From an uncultured virus (IMG/VR IMGVR_UViG_3300033149_000238) (Duplodnaviria > Heunggongvirae > Uroviricota > Caudoviricetes), in IMG/VR virus record IMGVR_UViG_3300033149_000238: 64,000 bases of DNA; one strand, 5' to 3'. Each line of letters begins with the position of its first letter. The stretch's first letter is position 1. Below the pieces are notes generated by a model, which worked only from the letters and a program-made list of their open reading frames with translations, ran no database searches and was not told the origin of the DNA. Both the position numbers and the translations under genes were made by a program. Positions 55,580-64,000 of the stretch are shown here, piece after piece.

Positions 55580-55612
55580 AAGGGTGGTAAGTCAACCACG
55601 AAAACCACCCTT
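55580..55612 (-). terminator. Stem-loop downstream of the SSB-like gene
   Basis: AAGGGTGGT...ACCACCCTT perfect 9-bp inverted repeat. Confidence 0.5.
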
Positions 55613-55629
55613 ATCATTACTGATTCAAA

Positions 55630-56304
55630 CTACAAATCAAAGTCATCACCGTTAGCTGCAGCAGGCTCAAAGCTAGTAGTAGTAGCATTCTCCTTCTTAA
55701 CTAATGGTCTGAAATGTTGGTTATTACTCTTATCAAAAGTAAGTATGTTAGAATTCTCTGTGTCAACAGCTTCTAACGGCACACCTTCTCTTGTTCTCTT
55801 AGGTAAGAATAAGTCATTGTTTACATAACCTTCCTTGTTTTCCCATTCACGTGCACCTAGACAAGCATTAATGTAACCAGTGTTTGAGCATACCTTTGCA
55901 GCTTTAATCATAAAGTCTTCAATAGTAGCAGCCTCAATAGCATCTAGTTCATTTCTCTTGCCAACAACTTCAGCAAGAAATACCATAGCTTTTAATACTT
56001 CATTGTCTCTTTTGATCTCATTACCGTTTGATAAAACAGTATCTTTATATGGATATGGTGAGAATCTAACTCTACCAACCTGGCCTTCATAACGTTCTCC
56101 ATTAGGATTATTCATGTCTTTTAGGAAACCTTGAAACTCTCCTTCAACTGGTTCTGTTTCTACATGTAGCATAATATTATATGCCTCAGAGTCATAAGGT
56201 GTTTGATCAAAAGTAATAGAATTAATTTTAATCTTTTGATTACCTGGACCAGCAACTGGTTTAATACTGCCTGATCCTACAGACAAATCTTTAGTACTTA
56301 ACAT
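55630..56304 (-). CDS. Putative single-stranded DNA-binding protein (224 aa)
   Basis: Located next to the Sak4-like ATPase; acidic C-terminus GDDFDL. Confidence 0.5.
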   Translation of the reverse strand: MLSTKDLSVGSGSIKPVAGPGNQKIKINSITFDQTPYDSEAYNIMLHVETEPVEGEFQGFLKDMNNPNGERYEGQVGRVRFSPYPYKDTVLSNGNEIKRDNEVLKAMVFLAEVVGKRNELDAIEAATIEDFMIKAAKVCSNTGYINACLGAREWENKEGYVNNDLFLPKRTREGVPLEAVDTENSNILTFDKSNNQHFRPLVKKENATTTSFEPAAANGDDFDL

Positions 56305-56327
56305 AATTTTTCTTTTTAATTAATTAA

Positions 56328-57011
56328 TTATTCTTCATATTTCTGTATGCAATCCTTTACATACTGCAGGTCATTTGAGATAAATTTATCTTCAAACATA
56401 CCCATTGGTGATTTACATGTGTTCTCTCCATTGTTTTGTGTTTCAAAACCATATTCAAGTTCACCATCATCATTTTTATTTACTTTACCAAATAAGACTA
56501 TAGAAAAGAGACCTTCCAAAGTTAACGTATTGTCAATCATTTTCCCAATAGTTTTGGCTTTTACTTTTCTATTACCATTTATATCTGTTGAATCCTCTGA
56601 GTGAGTCAAGAATATAACAGTTAAATCATCTCTCATGTCTTTAGGCATCTTAGCTACTTGTGCTAAGTTAGCTGCAATCTGAGTAAATTTATCATAACCT
56701 TTTTCATTTGCTCTTTCAAAGTATTCAAATGAACTCATGTACTGCCAGTCATCTACAACTAATGTTTTGATCTGTGGCATTTTATCATTCACATGGTTCA
56801 TTGCTTTAATTATACCAGCAGCTGATGCAGCTGATGTAATGTTACCTTTAGGGTTATCTTTACTAATTTGAGTATACTTACTCTTATAACCTTTGAAAGG
56901 CAATGGTTTATTAGCAATGTTTATAATGAAAGTCTCTTTTGGATCTAATGTTCTGATTGAGGTAGACTTCCCTGTACCTGAATCAGCAATAACTAATACG
57001 CTTTGTGCCAT
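56328..57011 (-). CDS. AAA_24 / Sak4-like ATPase (227 aa)
   Basis: Walker A ADSGTGKS, Walker B LVVDD, 'KTIGKMID' and 'CKSPMGMF'. Confidence 0.75.
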   Translation of the reverse strand: MAQSVLVIADSGTGKSTSIRTLDPKETFIINIANKPLPFKGYKSKYTQISKDNPKGNITSAASAAGIIKAMNHVNDKMPQIKTLVVDDWQYMSSFEYFERANEKGYDKFTQIAANLAQVAKMPKDMRDDLTVIFLTHSEDSTDINGNRKVKAKTIGKMIDNTLTLEGLFSIVLFGKVNKNDDGELEYGFETQNNGENTCKSPMGMFEDKFISNDLQYVKDCIQKYEE

Positions 57012-57554
57012 TTACTTAATTGATTTAATTACATTTATTAATTTATTTAGTGTATCATTGATATCAAGTAGTGCTCCTACTACTGGGTCTTCTATAACCT
57101 CTTTCTTATCTGGATCAGGTAAGTTTGGGTTAGCAAAGTCTACAATAGCATTACCTCTACTAGTAACATCATTTATTACTTTGAGCTCACTCACAGGGAT
57201 TATGTGTCTTACAAATCCTGAGCTTGAAGTAATTAGTTCATACTCTTCTTTCCAATGTGGATTATATTTATGAAGGTATAAAGTTCTTTTTGGATCTTCT
57301 GAGTCATAGTCTATACTAACAAACTCTGTATATATGTCTTGTTCTTTTTCTAGTTCACTAGGAAAGAAACTAACATGTAGATCATCTTTACCTGTAGGCC
57401 TGTAAGCCATCTTAGGTATATATAGTGCATTTATCTTACCCTCTGTCTGAAAGTAATCTTCATGCTCTTCTCTTAGCTTTGAAACTTTTTGTTTCCTTTC
57501 CGCTGGTGTCAGTCCCATTGATTTATTATTTATATTTTTAGTATTAAAACTCAT
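57012..57554 (-). CDS. Hypothetical protein (180 aa)
   Basis: ORF in the replication operon. Confidence 0.6.
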   Translation of the reverse strand: MSFNTKNINNKSMGLTPAERKQKVSKLREEHEDYFQTEGKINALYIPKMAYRPTGKDDLHVSFFPSELEKEQDIYTEFVSIDYDSEDPKRTLYLHKYNPHWKEEYELITSSSGFVRHIIPVSELKVINDVTSRGNAIVDFANPNLPDPDKKEVIEDPVVGALLDINDTLNKLINVIKSIK

Positions 57555-58504
57555 CTACGTTCTTGTTGTGCTGGCGTTGCCATTTCTTCTATTTGCATTT
57601 GCTCAAACTTTGCTTTAAAGAATGACATCCTTGCATCACCATTCCTGGCTTTTAAGAAGTGCAACACTAATGTTCTATCATTTTCTATTATATATCTATC
57701 TGGACCATAATATCTAATCTTCTGCTTGGCTGGCCTGTTAATACCTATTAAAGTATCAGCATGTTGTAGCATAGCATCTGAACCAAAGATATCTGATTCA
57801 AGTATATAGTTACCATACTTACCATCTACAGCTCTATCTGGATTATCTATGTTACGGTTTAGCTGTGATAAACAAATAAACAAACACGGATAGTCCCTCT
57901 TACACTGTGTAAAGAACTCACCTAATTCAAATAACATATCTAATGTGCTATTCTGATAGGGTGCTCTTTTAACAAGCATACTATGATCTAATGTAATCAT
58001 AGTTGGTATACCTTTATGTTCTGTCATATATTGATCTATCTGATCACGCATTTGATTTACTGTCATAGGTGTAGATACAATATCTACTGGATATTTAACT
58101 CTTTCTTTTGCATACTGATGACACTTATTTAATGTATCTGTACTAAGTATACTACCTGCACTACATAACTCTTTGTATGTCTTACCGGTTATAGAACTAA
58201 ACTCTCTAATAGCTGAGGTTCTTCCTACCATCTCAAACTGAAACTCCAATACTCTGAAGTTATCATTTGGATTTAATAGAAATGATTCTCTTATGATTTG
58301 GTCTTTAATTAGTGTCTTACCTGAACCAGGTCTACCACCAATTACAGTTAATGTATTCCACTCTAATCCATCAGTAGTAGCATCATTAAATTTAGGCCAT
58401 GGTGTATATATAGATTTCTCCTCACCAGTTGATCTGGCGTACATATATTTAAGTGCTTCATTAAATGCAGCATACTGCCCCACCCATGATGGTTTCTTTT
58501 TCAT
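57551..58504 (-). CDS. dnaB: DnaB-like replicative helicase (ATPase domain only, 317 aa)
   Basis: GRPGSGKT, FQFEM, LDH, LSQLNR, 'QHADTLIGINRP' and KARNG. Confidence 0.85.
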   Translation of the reverse strand: MKKKPSWVGQYAAFNEALKYMYARSTGEEKSIYTPWPKFNDATTDGLEWNTLTVIGGRPGSGKTLIKDQIIRESFLLNPNDNFRVLEFQFEMVGRTSAIREFSSITGKTYKELCSAGSILSTDTLNKCHQYAKERVKYPVDIVSTPMTVNQMRDQIDQYMTEHKGIPTMITLDHSMLVKRAPYQNSTLDMLFELGEFFTQCKRDYPCLFICLSQLNRNIDNPDRAVDGKYGNYILESDIFGSDAMLQHADTLIGINRPAKQKIRYYGPDRYIIENDRTLVLHFLKARNGDARMSFFKAKFEQMQIEEMATPAQQERR

Positions 58505-59097
58505 ACTACGTTTTCTTTAAAGTGATCTTCTTCTGTATCAATACCATCTATTATCATATCACAATAATCCGCTAGAGTAGAATGTTTTACCCTGTGCTTA
58601 TCTTGTTTACAAATAAAGTATTGACTTGTCTGCATATACATATAGTCTTTGTCTCTGTATTCATTAACATACATTCTGGTTGCAGCAAATACTGTTTCCC
58701 AGTCATGATCATATGTATTAAAGAACCATCTAAATGCTTCTCCTAATGCCTTCACATTATTTCTTGCAGGTTTACCGCTAGGTAGTTTCTTGTTTGGGAA
58801 TATCTCTCTGTAATCATTTATCCATGTTACATACTTCTTACCCATAAGTTGTATATCAGTCTTCTTCTTAGCCTTAATAAAATAGTTATCTAGCCTAACA
58901 CAAAATGCCTTGGCTTCAGGTGTTAATAAATATACACCATTCTTCTGATCTAAATATCCTATCTTAACTAAGTGAAGCTTATCTTCTTCTTTAGTATGTA
59001 CAGCTGAAGTGCTAACTCCATTCTTCATACCAAACAATAAAAGAACTTGGTTTGGTGTAACGTTTTTGCTTAACATTACTTGGAATAAATCCCACAT
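58501..59097 (-). CDS. Hypothetical protein, possible replication initiator/helicase loader (198 aa)
   Basis: N-terminal winged-helix-like segment; ATGA-type overlap with the helicase gene. Confidence 0.45.
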   Translation of the reverse strand: MWDLFQVMLSKNVTPNQVLLLFGMKNGVSTSAVHTKEEDKLHLVKIGYLDQKNGVYLLTPEAKAFCVRLDNYFIKAKKKTDIQLMGKKYVTWINDYREIFPNKKLPSGKPARNNVKALGEAFRWFFNTYDHDWETVFAATRMYVNEYRDKDYMYMQTSQYFICKQDKHRVKHSTLADYCDMIIDGIDTEEDHFKENVV

Positions 59098-59135
59098 AAA
59101 TTATTGGTTTTTAAAGATTATAAAGATACAAAATT

Positions 59136-59855
59136 CTACCATACAATCCTATCTTTTCCATGCTTTTCAAGGTGATCATTTACCTTATTAAAGACATCTT
59201 TACAATCCCATTCTCCGCCTCTGTATGCAGCTGATGCTGGGTGACTTACTTTAAATAATGTATGGTTTGAGAAATACCTTTCCCATTCTTCTGCTTTTCT
59301 ACCCATCATTATAACCGGTAGATCTTTTTTATGTTTATTTATTAAGTCAAACAAATACTCTGCATATGGTTTCCATAAGTTATAATGTGATCCTATCTTG
59401 TTGACCTCACATGTAAATGCTGTATTAAGTAACAGCACACCCTGGTTAGCCCAGCGTCTTAAGTCACATTCTTCTGGTGTATATATAGCCCTACCTGTCT
59501 TAGTGTAATCACCTATGGTTTGTTTTAGTATGTATTGCAAAGACTTTTCAGCTTTACCTTTGTTACTACAACTAAAAGCTATTCCGTCAGCAACTCCTAG
59601 CTGTGGGTATGGGTCTTGCCCAATAACAATAACTTTAAGATCATCATACGGACACTCTACAAAAGCATTCATTACGTCTTTAAACTTTGGTGTAAATCTC
59701 CTGCCTGATTCTACAAGTGATACCAAGCTATTCATGATCATATCAAAGCTTAATCCATTTATAAAAGGTGATAATGCTGGCTCCCACCCTGATGGTTCTA
59801 TTTTCTCAATTAATTTTTCTCTGAGATTATTTATATCTATGTCTAGTTTTTTCAT
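59136..59855 (-). CDS. ung: Uracil-DNA glycosylase (family 1)
   Basis: GQDPY, GIAFS, QGVLLLN and HPAS motifs. Confidence 0.93.
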   Translation of the reverse strand: MKKLDIDINNLREKLIEKIEPSGWEPALSPFINGLSFDMIMNSLVSLVESGRRFTPKFKDVMNAFVECPYDDLKVIVIGQDPYPQLGVADGIAFSCSNKGKAEKSLQYILKQTIGDYTKTGRAIYTPEECDLRRWANQGVLLLNTAFTCEVNKIGSHYNLWKPYAEYLFDLINKHKKDLPVIMMGRKAEEWERYFSNHTLFKVSHPASAAYRGGEWDCKDVFNKVNDHLEKHGKDRIVW

Positions 59856-59865
59856 ATATTATTAT

Positions 59866-59873
59866 TACATTTG
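59866..59873 (+). promoter_or_regulatory. Bacteroidota -7 promoter element TACATTTG
   Basis: Exact TAnnTTTG match 18 nt upstream of ATG 59892. Confidence 0.55.
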
Positions 59874-59891
59874 TATTTAAAATCTAAAATT

Positions 59892-60332
59892 ATGGCAGAA
59901 CATAAACAAATTGTTAGTTATGACTACACAAAGGTTATCAAAGATATTGTAGTATCTACAGCATTCATTCCTGGTTTACAGAATGTATACTACAGATATG
60001 TAAGTGAATTCTATGAAAAACCTGAGGATCTTGGTGCTTTGCTTACCAAATTCCACGGTATTGTAGATGGTAAAATAACTGGTGAAGATGCTGCCATGAC
60101 ACCAATTGAACATGAGATATATACTATATTCTCATTAACACATTTATTTAAATCATTTGCTAAAGATCAGGACTTAGAAATACTAACTGATCTACCTGTA
60201 GATAATGACACGCTTAAAAAGTATGCTGAAGAAGCTAAGAAAGCTGGTACACTTAATGAGTCTTTAAATATATTAGCAAATAAAATTAATACACATATAC
60301 CTGATGCCAAAGAAGAGGAAACTGAACAGTAA
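59892..60332 (+). CDS. Hypothetical protein (146 aa from ATG 59892)
   Basis: + strand ORF embedded in the - strand block; ATG start preferred over the TTG at 59871. Confidence 0.65.
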   Translation: MAEHKQIVSYDYTKVIKDIVVSTAFIPGLQNVYYRYVSEFYEKPEDLGALLTKFHGIVDGKITGEDAAMTPIEHEIYTIFSLTHLFKSFAKDQDLEILTDLPVDNDTLKKYAEEAKKAGTLNESLNILANKINTHIPDAKEEETEQ

Positions 60333-60456
60333 AAATCCTAAGTACCTACCTAAAGATGAGGTACAAGAACCAGTAGTTAAAGAAAAGAGATTAATAAATA
60401 CAGTTAAGCTTAGTTCTAAAAGAGAAGCTAAAGTGTATGCAGTCTTTTTATCTTAA
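60304..60456 (+). CDS. Small basic protein (50 aa), not in ORF track
   Basis: MPKKRKLNSKNPKYLPKDEVQEPVVKEKRLINTVKLSSKREAKVYAVFLS*; fills the otherwise empty gap. Confidence 0.6.
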   Translation: MPKKRKLNSKNPKYLPKDEVQEPVVKEKRLINTVKLSSKREAKVYAVFLS

Positions 60457-60843
60457 CTGCATACCACCAAAGTCTCCTATTTCCATTGCTGCTTGAATTG
60501 CAAGATTTAATTCTTCTTTATCACACTTAGCAAAAGATTTACAGTATTCTACATTGTTTCTCATAAAACATAGGCCTGCTCTACGTTTTACTTGAAGCTT
60601 TACTTCTTCAAACGTATGACCTATCTCATTGGCTATCTCTCTGATCATAGCATGTATTCTTGCTAGCTGTGGGTTACTACCCTTACCATCATTGACACCA
60701 ATAAATATATCCAGCCTAGCACTCTCAGGCTGATCTTTTAAAAAGTTTTTAAATTTTATCTCAAATGCTTTGATTGGAAAGTGTAACTCTCCATCCTTGA
60801 CACGAGCTTCTACAAATAGTTGGTCTTTCATGATGCTAGCCAA
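60448..60843 (-). CDS. NinB/Orf-like recombination accessory protein
   Basis: 'SNPQLARIHAMIREIANEIGHTFEEVK...SFAKCDKEEL' pattern. Confidence 0.5.
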   Translation of the reverse strand: MASIMKDQLFVEARVKDGELHFPIKAFEIKFKNFLKDQPESARLDIFIGVNDGKGSNPQLARIHAMIREIANEIGHTFEEVKLQVKRRAGLCFMRNNVEYCKSFAKCDKEELNLAIQAAMEIGDFGGMQLR

Positions 60844-61037
60844 CCCATTATGACAAGCATTACTATTATACCAGCTATACTAATCAGTGCCATTATAGCA
60901 TGACCTTCTACCTGTTCTTTTCTTCTTCCTTGTCTGTATTTTATATCTTCTTCTCTTTTATTTGATTCCATATGATTAAAAATATTTGGATATTGTTTTC
61001 TAATATACTCTTTTCCGTTGTTTGTAAAATGTTTCAT
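60828..61037 (-). CDS. Small protein with C-terminal TM helix (69 aa)
   Basis: Hydrophobic C-terminus. Confidence 0.5.
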   Translation of the reverse strand: MKHFTNNGKEYIRKQYPNIFNHMESNKREEDIKYRQGRRKEQVEGHAIMALISIAGIIVMLVIMGWLAS

Positions 61038-61294
61038 AGGTCTTTTAATTCAAGTATTTCTTCCTCCAGGCTGTCTATATCTAAACTTTCTTCTATTATA
61101 TCCTTAACATCTACATTGATTAGATGCCCACTTCTATCTTTAAGTGGTGCCCATATATGTTGTATATCTACAACCGGAGGTGAACCAGGATACCCACTAC
61201 CATCTGGATAATAATCTACTGATGGCTCTCCTGGTGTATATATATAATCTATTTCTAAATCCACATCATCATGTGTCCATTCTATTGACTCCAT
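61034..61294 (-). CDS. Acidic hypothetical protein (86 aa)
   Basis: Coupled ORF; very D/E-rich. Confidence 0.6.
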   Translation of the reverse strand: MESIEWTHDDVDLEIDYIYTPGEPSVDYYPDGSGYPGSPPVVDIQHIWAPLKDRSGHLINVDVKDIIEESLDIDSLEEEILELKDL

Positions 61295-61557
61295 TATTTA
61301 AATCTTAAAACACCCGGTTCAACTTCATCAAATGCCTGACCACAATCAAGACACTCAACTTCTGTGCCTTTTTGTACCATACTGTGCAGCTTTGACCTCT
61401 CAAAACAATTTGGACATACCTTATCCACAACAACATCATAACTTTCTTCAATGACTTCTTCAATCTTGACTCTAGCCAAATCTTGAATGTATGCATCATG
61501 ATCTCCTTGGTATTCTTCTTCTACCATTTTCATGTATATTTCTTTCATTCTTCCCAT
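61294..61557 (-). CDS. Zinc-ribbon protein (87 aa)
   Basis: CPNC...CLDC. Confidence 0.6.
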   Translation of the reverse strand: MGRMKEIYMKMVEEEYQGDHDAYIQDLARVKIEEVIEESYDVVVDKVCPNCFERSKLHSMVQKGTEVECLDCGQAFDEVEPGVLRFK

Positions 61558-61559
61558 AG

Positions 61560-62675
61560 TTATCTATTTAAAGGGTTATAATATTTAATTTTATTTTGAT
61601 CAAATCCTTTCAGTGCAGACTTAACCCATGTTGCATCTTGTGTGCCTTTATAACATAATATATGACATGTAGCACGCTCTGATGGATTTAGCCTAAGTAA
61701 ACGGCCTATCCTCTGAGCTGTCTTTTTCTCATTACCATACGCATGCATAATAATACCCTGTTTTAAATTAGGTATTGTTACACCTTCTGATAACTGTAAG
61801 ACACAAGATAGCTGATGTATTCTACCATCTTTAAAAAGTTCTAGATTATCTTCTGACTTTTTATTTGTAGAGTGATAGCTAAACTTACATACTCTATCAG
61901 CTTGTTTCTGGGTATTAGCAAATATAATACACTTATCATTCATATTACTTAGTAATGATTTAGTGTATATCTCTTTGCTATTATATTCCATCAGTGCTCT
62001 CATTCTCATGATTCTAGCAAACTGTTGTTGCTTTGGAGTCTGTGCATCTCTGCATCTTCCTGTAACATATTCATAGTCTTTAGCCTCTGTTGTCCACCAA
62101 TGTCCACCATTCTTATTCTTTTTCTTTAATGTTGGTAGTTTAGATAGCTGTAGCTCATGTATAATTATTTGATAGTCATTTAATATCTTAGAGTCAGTAG
62201 CTTTATCTACATCAAATAGATATCTCATAGGACAATACTTCTGTACCATCTTACCTTTTTCTGATTGTCTATCCCTTGGTGGTGTACCGGTTAGACCTAG
62301 TATCTTACCTTGAAACTGTGATAAAAATACTTCATGACCTGGTAATAATGAATGACACTCATCTAAATATACTATATCATAATCATTTGGATTACGTTTC
62401 TTAAGTGATAAATAAGTAGTAAATGTAATATGATCTTCTAATACTGTGTCATTTATTTTATCTAGTTCATCATACCAAGACTTTATAACTGACTTCTTTG
62501 GTATTACTACTAATGCTTTTATAAAGGGATTGTAATTCTTTTTTAAGTGTTCTATTGCAATACGTGTTTTACCAACACCCATTGATATCCCTAGACCACA
62601 TCTTTTATGTTGCATTGCTATAGACAATGCATCTGCTTGGACTATTTCTCTATTATTCATCTGATTCTTGTTCAT
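61560..62675 (-). CDS. Superfamily 2 (DExH) helicase (371 aa)
   Basis: MGVGKT, DECH, LTGTP, EGVTIP and QRIGRLLR. Confidence 0.88.
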   Translation of the reverse strand: MNKNQMNNREIVQADALSIAMQHKRCGLGISMGVGKTRIAIEHLKKNYNPFIKALVVIPKKSVIKSWYDELDKINDTVLEDHITFTTYLSLKKRNPNDYDIVYLDECHSLLPGHEVFLSQFQGKILGLTGTPPRDRQSEKGKMVQKYCPMRYLFDVDKATDSKILNDYQIIIHELQLSKLPTLKKKNKNGGHWWTTEAKDYEYVTGRCRDAQTPKQQQFARIMRMRALMEYNSKEIYTKSLLSNMNDKCIIFANTQKQADRVCKFSYHSTNKKSEDNLELFKDGRIHQLSCVLQLSEGVTIPNLKQGIIMHAYGNEKKTAQRIGRLLRLNPSERATCHILCYKGTQDATWVKSALKGFDQNKIKYYNPLNR

Positions 62676-62943
62676 AAGTTCTAGGCATTGAGAAGCCCAG
62701 TTCTATTGCGTGTACTGTATTTTCTTCTATCCACATGTGACAGTTTCTGCACACAGGTAACCATGTATTTACATCTAAATAGTGTACACCTCTACCTTTC
62801 TTGTGGTGTACATCTGTAGCATGTATTGTACAGTTGTGGATCTTTGCGTGGCATATTGGATGCTCCAGTAAATACGGCCCACGTAATTTCTTGTAAGCCG
62901 TATTTGCCTTCTGCATTTTTTTAGAAAAGTTTCTAATTCCCAT
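62653..62943 (-). CDS. HNH endonuclease-like protein (96 aa)
   Basis: C....C....DVHHKKGRG....VCRNCH. Confidence 0.7.
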   Translation of the reverse strand: MGIRNFSKKMQKANTAYKKLRGPYLLEHPICHAKIHNCTIHATDVHHKKGRGVHYLDVNTWLPVCRNCHMWIEENTVHAIELGFSMPRTYEQESDE

Positions 62944-63436
62944 TTGTTGTTAATGTAAAAAAGTTTCTTGGTAACAAACCTAGTGACATAAATTTTAGTA
63001 TAACATCTTCATATGTGATCCCTAAGTCCTTGAATGTCATAGTGTTATGATAGTCATCAAGTACTTCCTCTGCTGGTATAGATATTATATAATCTACAAT
63101 CTTGCTCTTAAATGTTTTACTAAGATAAGCATTTATTCTCTTGTTACAAATAGTTTGTTTCCATGCATTGATCTCTCTTTGTGCACGTTTCCAAACCTTT
63201 GTTATCCTGCGTCTTTTGTCCCAGTGTAACTTCTTAACTTCTTCAGGTTTATAAACCTTGAGTCCGTGTAGTACACGTTTAAACAAAAAATGTTGATAAG
63301 GATTTAACTTAGAATAATCTAATGAGTTTACTATAGATGGTGGATGTAATTGATACTCCTCTAATATTCCATAGTATTGATAGCGTTCTTTTCTGTGTTG
63401 TAATTTTAGTTTTGATATTTGATCTAGTGATAACAT
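62933..63436 (-). CDS. Hypothetical protein (167 aa)
   Basis: ORF at the head of the helicase operon. Confidence 0.6.
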   Translation of the reverse strand: MLSLDQISKLKLQHRKERYQYYGILEEYQLHPPSIVNSLDYSKLNPYQHFLFKRVLHGLKVYKPEEVKKLHWDKRRRITKVWKRAQREINAWKQTICNKRINAYLSKTFKSKIVDYIISIPAEEVLDDYHNTMTFKDLGITYEDVILKFMSLGLLPRNFFTLTTNGN

Positions 63437-63480
63437 GATTAAGTGGTTTTAGTGATTGATTTAGTAAATGATTTATAGAT

Positions 63481-63509
63481 TAGAGATCCCGGCAGAACCA
63501 GGACCTCTA
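63481..63509 (-). terminator. Stem-loop downstream of the last gene
   Basis: Minus strand TAGAGGTCCTGG-TTCTG-CCGGGATCTCTA: 12 bp including G-U pairs. Confidence 0.5.
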
Positions 63510-63528
63510 TCTAATTATAACGTCTGGC

Positions 63529-63999
63529 TTATAATTCAAACGTTTCTTCTTCAAGGACTTCTTCAGCTTCAGCCTTTACTTCATCCTCTTCATTTACTTC
63601 ATCAACCTCTTGGTTATCAACTGTATCAAATGCCTCCTCTGGTGTAGCATTCTGTACTATCTTAGCTTCAGTAACTAAACCATTAGCTTCTCTAATGTCT
63701 TGACCATTAGTGTGTGCTATTAGCGTGTCTTCAGCTGTAGTATCAGGTGTAAATATTGTTTTCCTATAAATAGGTTGACCATCTACACAGCATACAATAC
63801 CTGTATCTCCTGCATATTTAAGATCTCTGTCAGGATTAGTAGAGTTAAATGGCTCTAAGCTCTCCTTGATTACAATTTTACCGTTTAGTACTTGGTTTGC
63901 TTTCCAGTTCATAGACTGTAAGTCTTCTAGTTTACCTGGAATTAGAGCTGATAAGTTCATAGGTCTTAAGAAACCGTTGCTTCCAAATCCTACTCTCTT
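63529..63999 (-). CDS. Hypothetical protein with acidic C-terminal tail; 5'-truncated by the window
   Basis: Frame stays open upstream of ATG 63960 to the window edge (KRVGFGSNGFLRP-M). Confidence 0.6.
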   Translation of the reverse strand, partial: KRVGFGSNGFLRPMNLSALIPGKLEDLQSMNWKANQVLNGKIVIKESLEPFNSTNPDRDLKYAGDTGIVCCVDGQPIYRKTIFTPDTTAEDTLIAHTNGQDIREANGLVTEAKIVQNATPEEAFDTVDNQEVDEVNEEDEVKAEAEEVLEEETFEL

Positions 64000-64000
64000 T

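Noticed and set aside
55568..55828. 86-aa + strand ORF across the SSB-like gene end
   Set aside because: Antisense overlap with a well-supported gene and a hairpin; no coding features.
1..64000. Stop-codon reassignment (TAG or TGA), known in some crAss-like phages
   Set aside because: Very long ORFs are intact under code 11, and TAA, TAG and TGA all end genes at sensible boundaries.
1..64000. tRNA, rRNA, CRISPR array, integrase/prophage boundary, DGR or self-splicing intron
   Set aside because: No cloverleaf with T/D-loop consensus, spaced repeat array, recombinase, reverse transcriptase or interrupted core gene was recognised. The window is almost fully coding. Judged by eye only.

Overview
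The whole 64 kb window is one AT-rich lytic dsDNA bacteriophage segment. It is most consistent with a crAss-like phage (Crassvirales-related, phi14:2-like) of a Bacteroidota host, probably an aquatic Flavobacteriia. Host evidence: TAnnTTTG promoter elements, AT-rich leaders without Shine-Dalgarno sites, and signal peptides with Gln at +1. Layout: (1) 1-29 kb, + strand: internal-virion/ejection genes, including a 4491-aa protein that fuses membrane-like segments, a HExxH zincin site and a DFDID-type virion RNA polymerase. (2) 29.1-31.4 kb: a four-gene operon of envelope-targeted proteins (outer-membrane beta-barrel, lipoprotein, membrane coiled-coil protein, exported CxxC-less thioredoxin fold). 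(3) 31.4-34 kb, - strand: class Id-like ribonucleotide reductase. (4) 34.3-42 kb, + strand: small basic proteins, a holin, a 28-aa CDGSH peptide and tail fibres. (5) 42-64 kb, mostly - strand: replication and repair genes (PolB, primase, DnaB, UDG, RusA-like, exonuclease, SF2 helicase, SPL-like radical SAM enzyme, MoxR/vWA module). Strongest leads: a recurrent x-x-x-G-G motif separating small modules in virion proteins, the envelope operon, the stand-alone CDGSH mini-protein, the SPL-like lyase, and a shared phage promoter motif. All functional calls come from motif recognition by eye; no searches were run.
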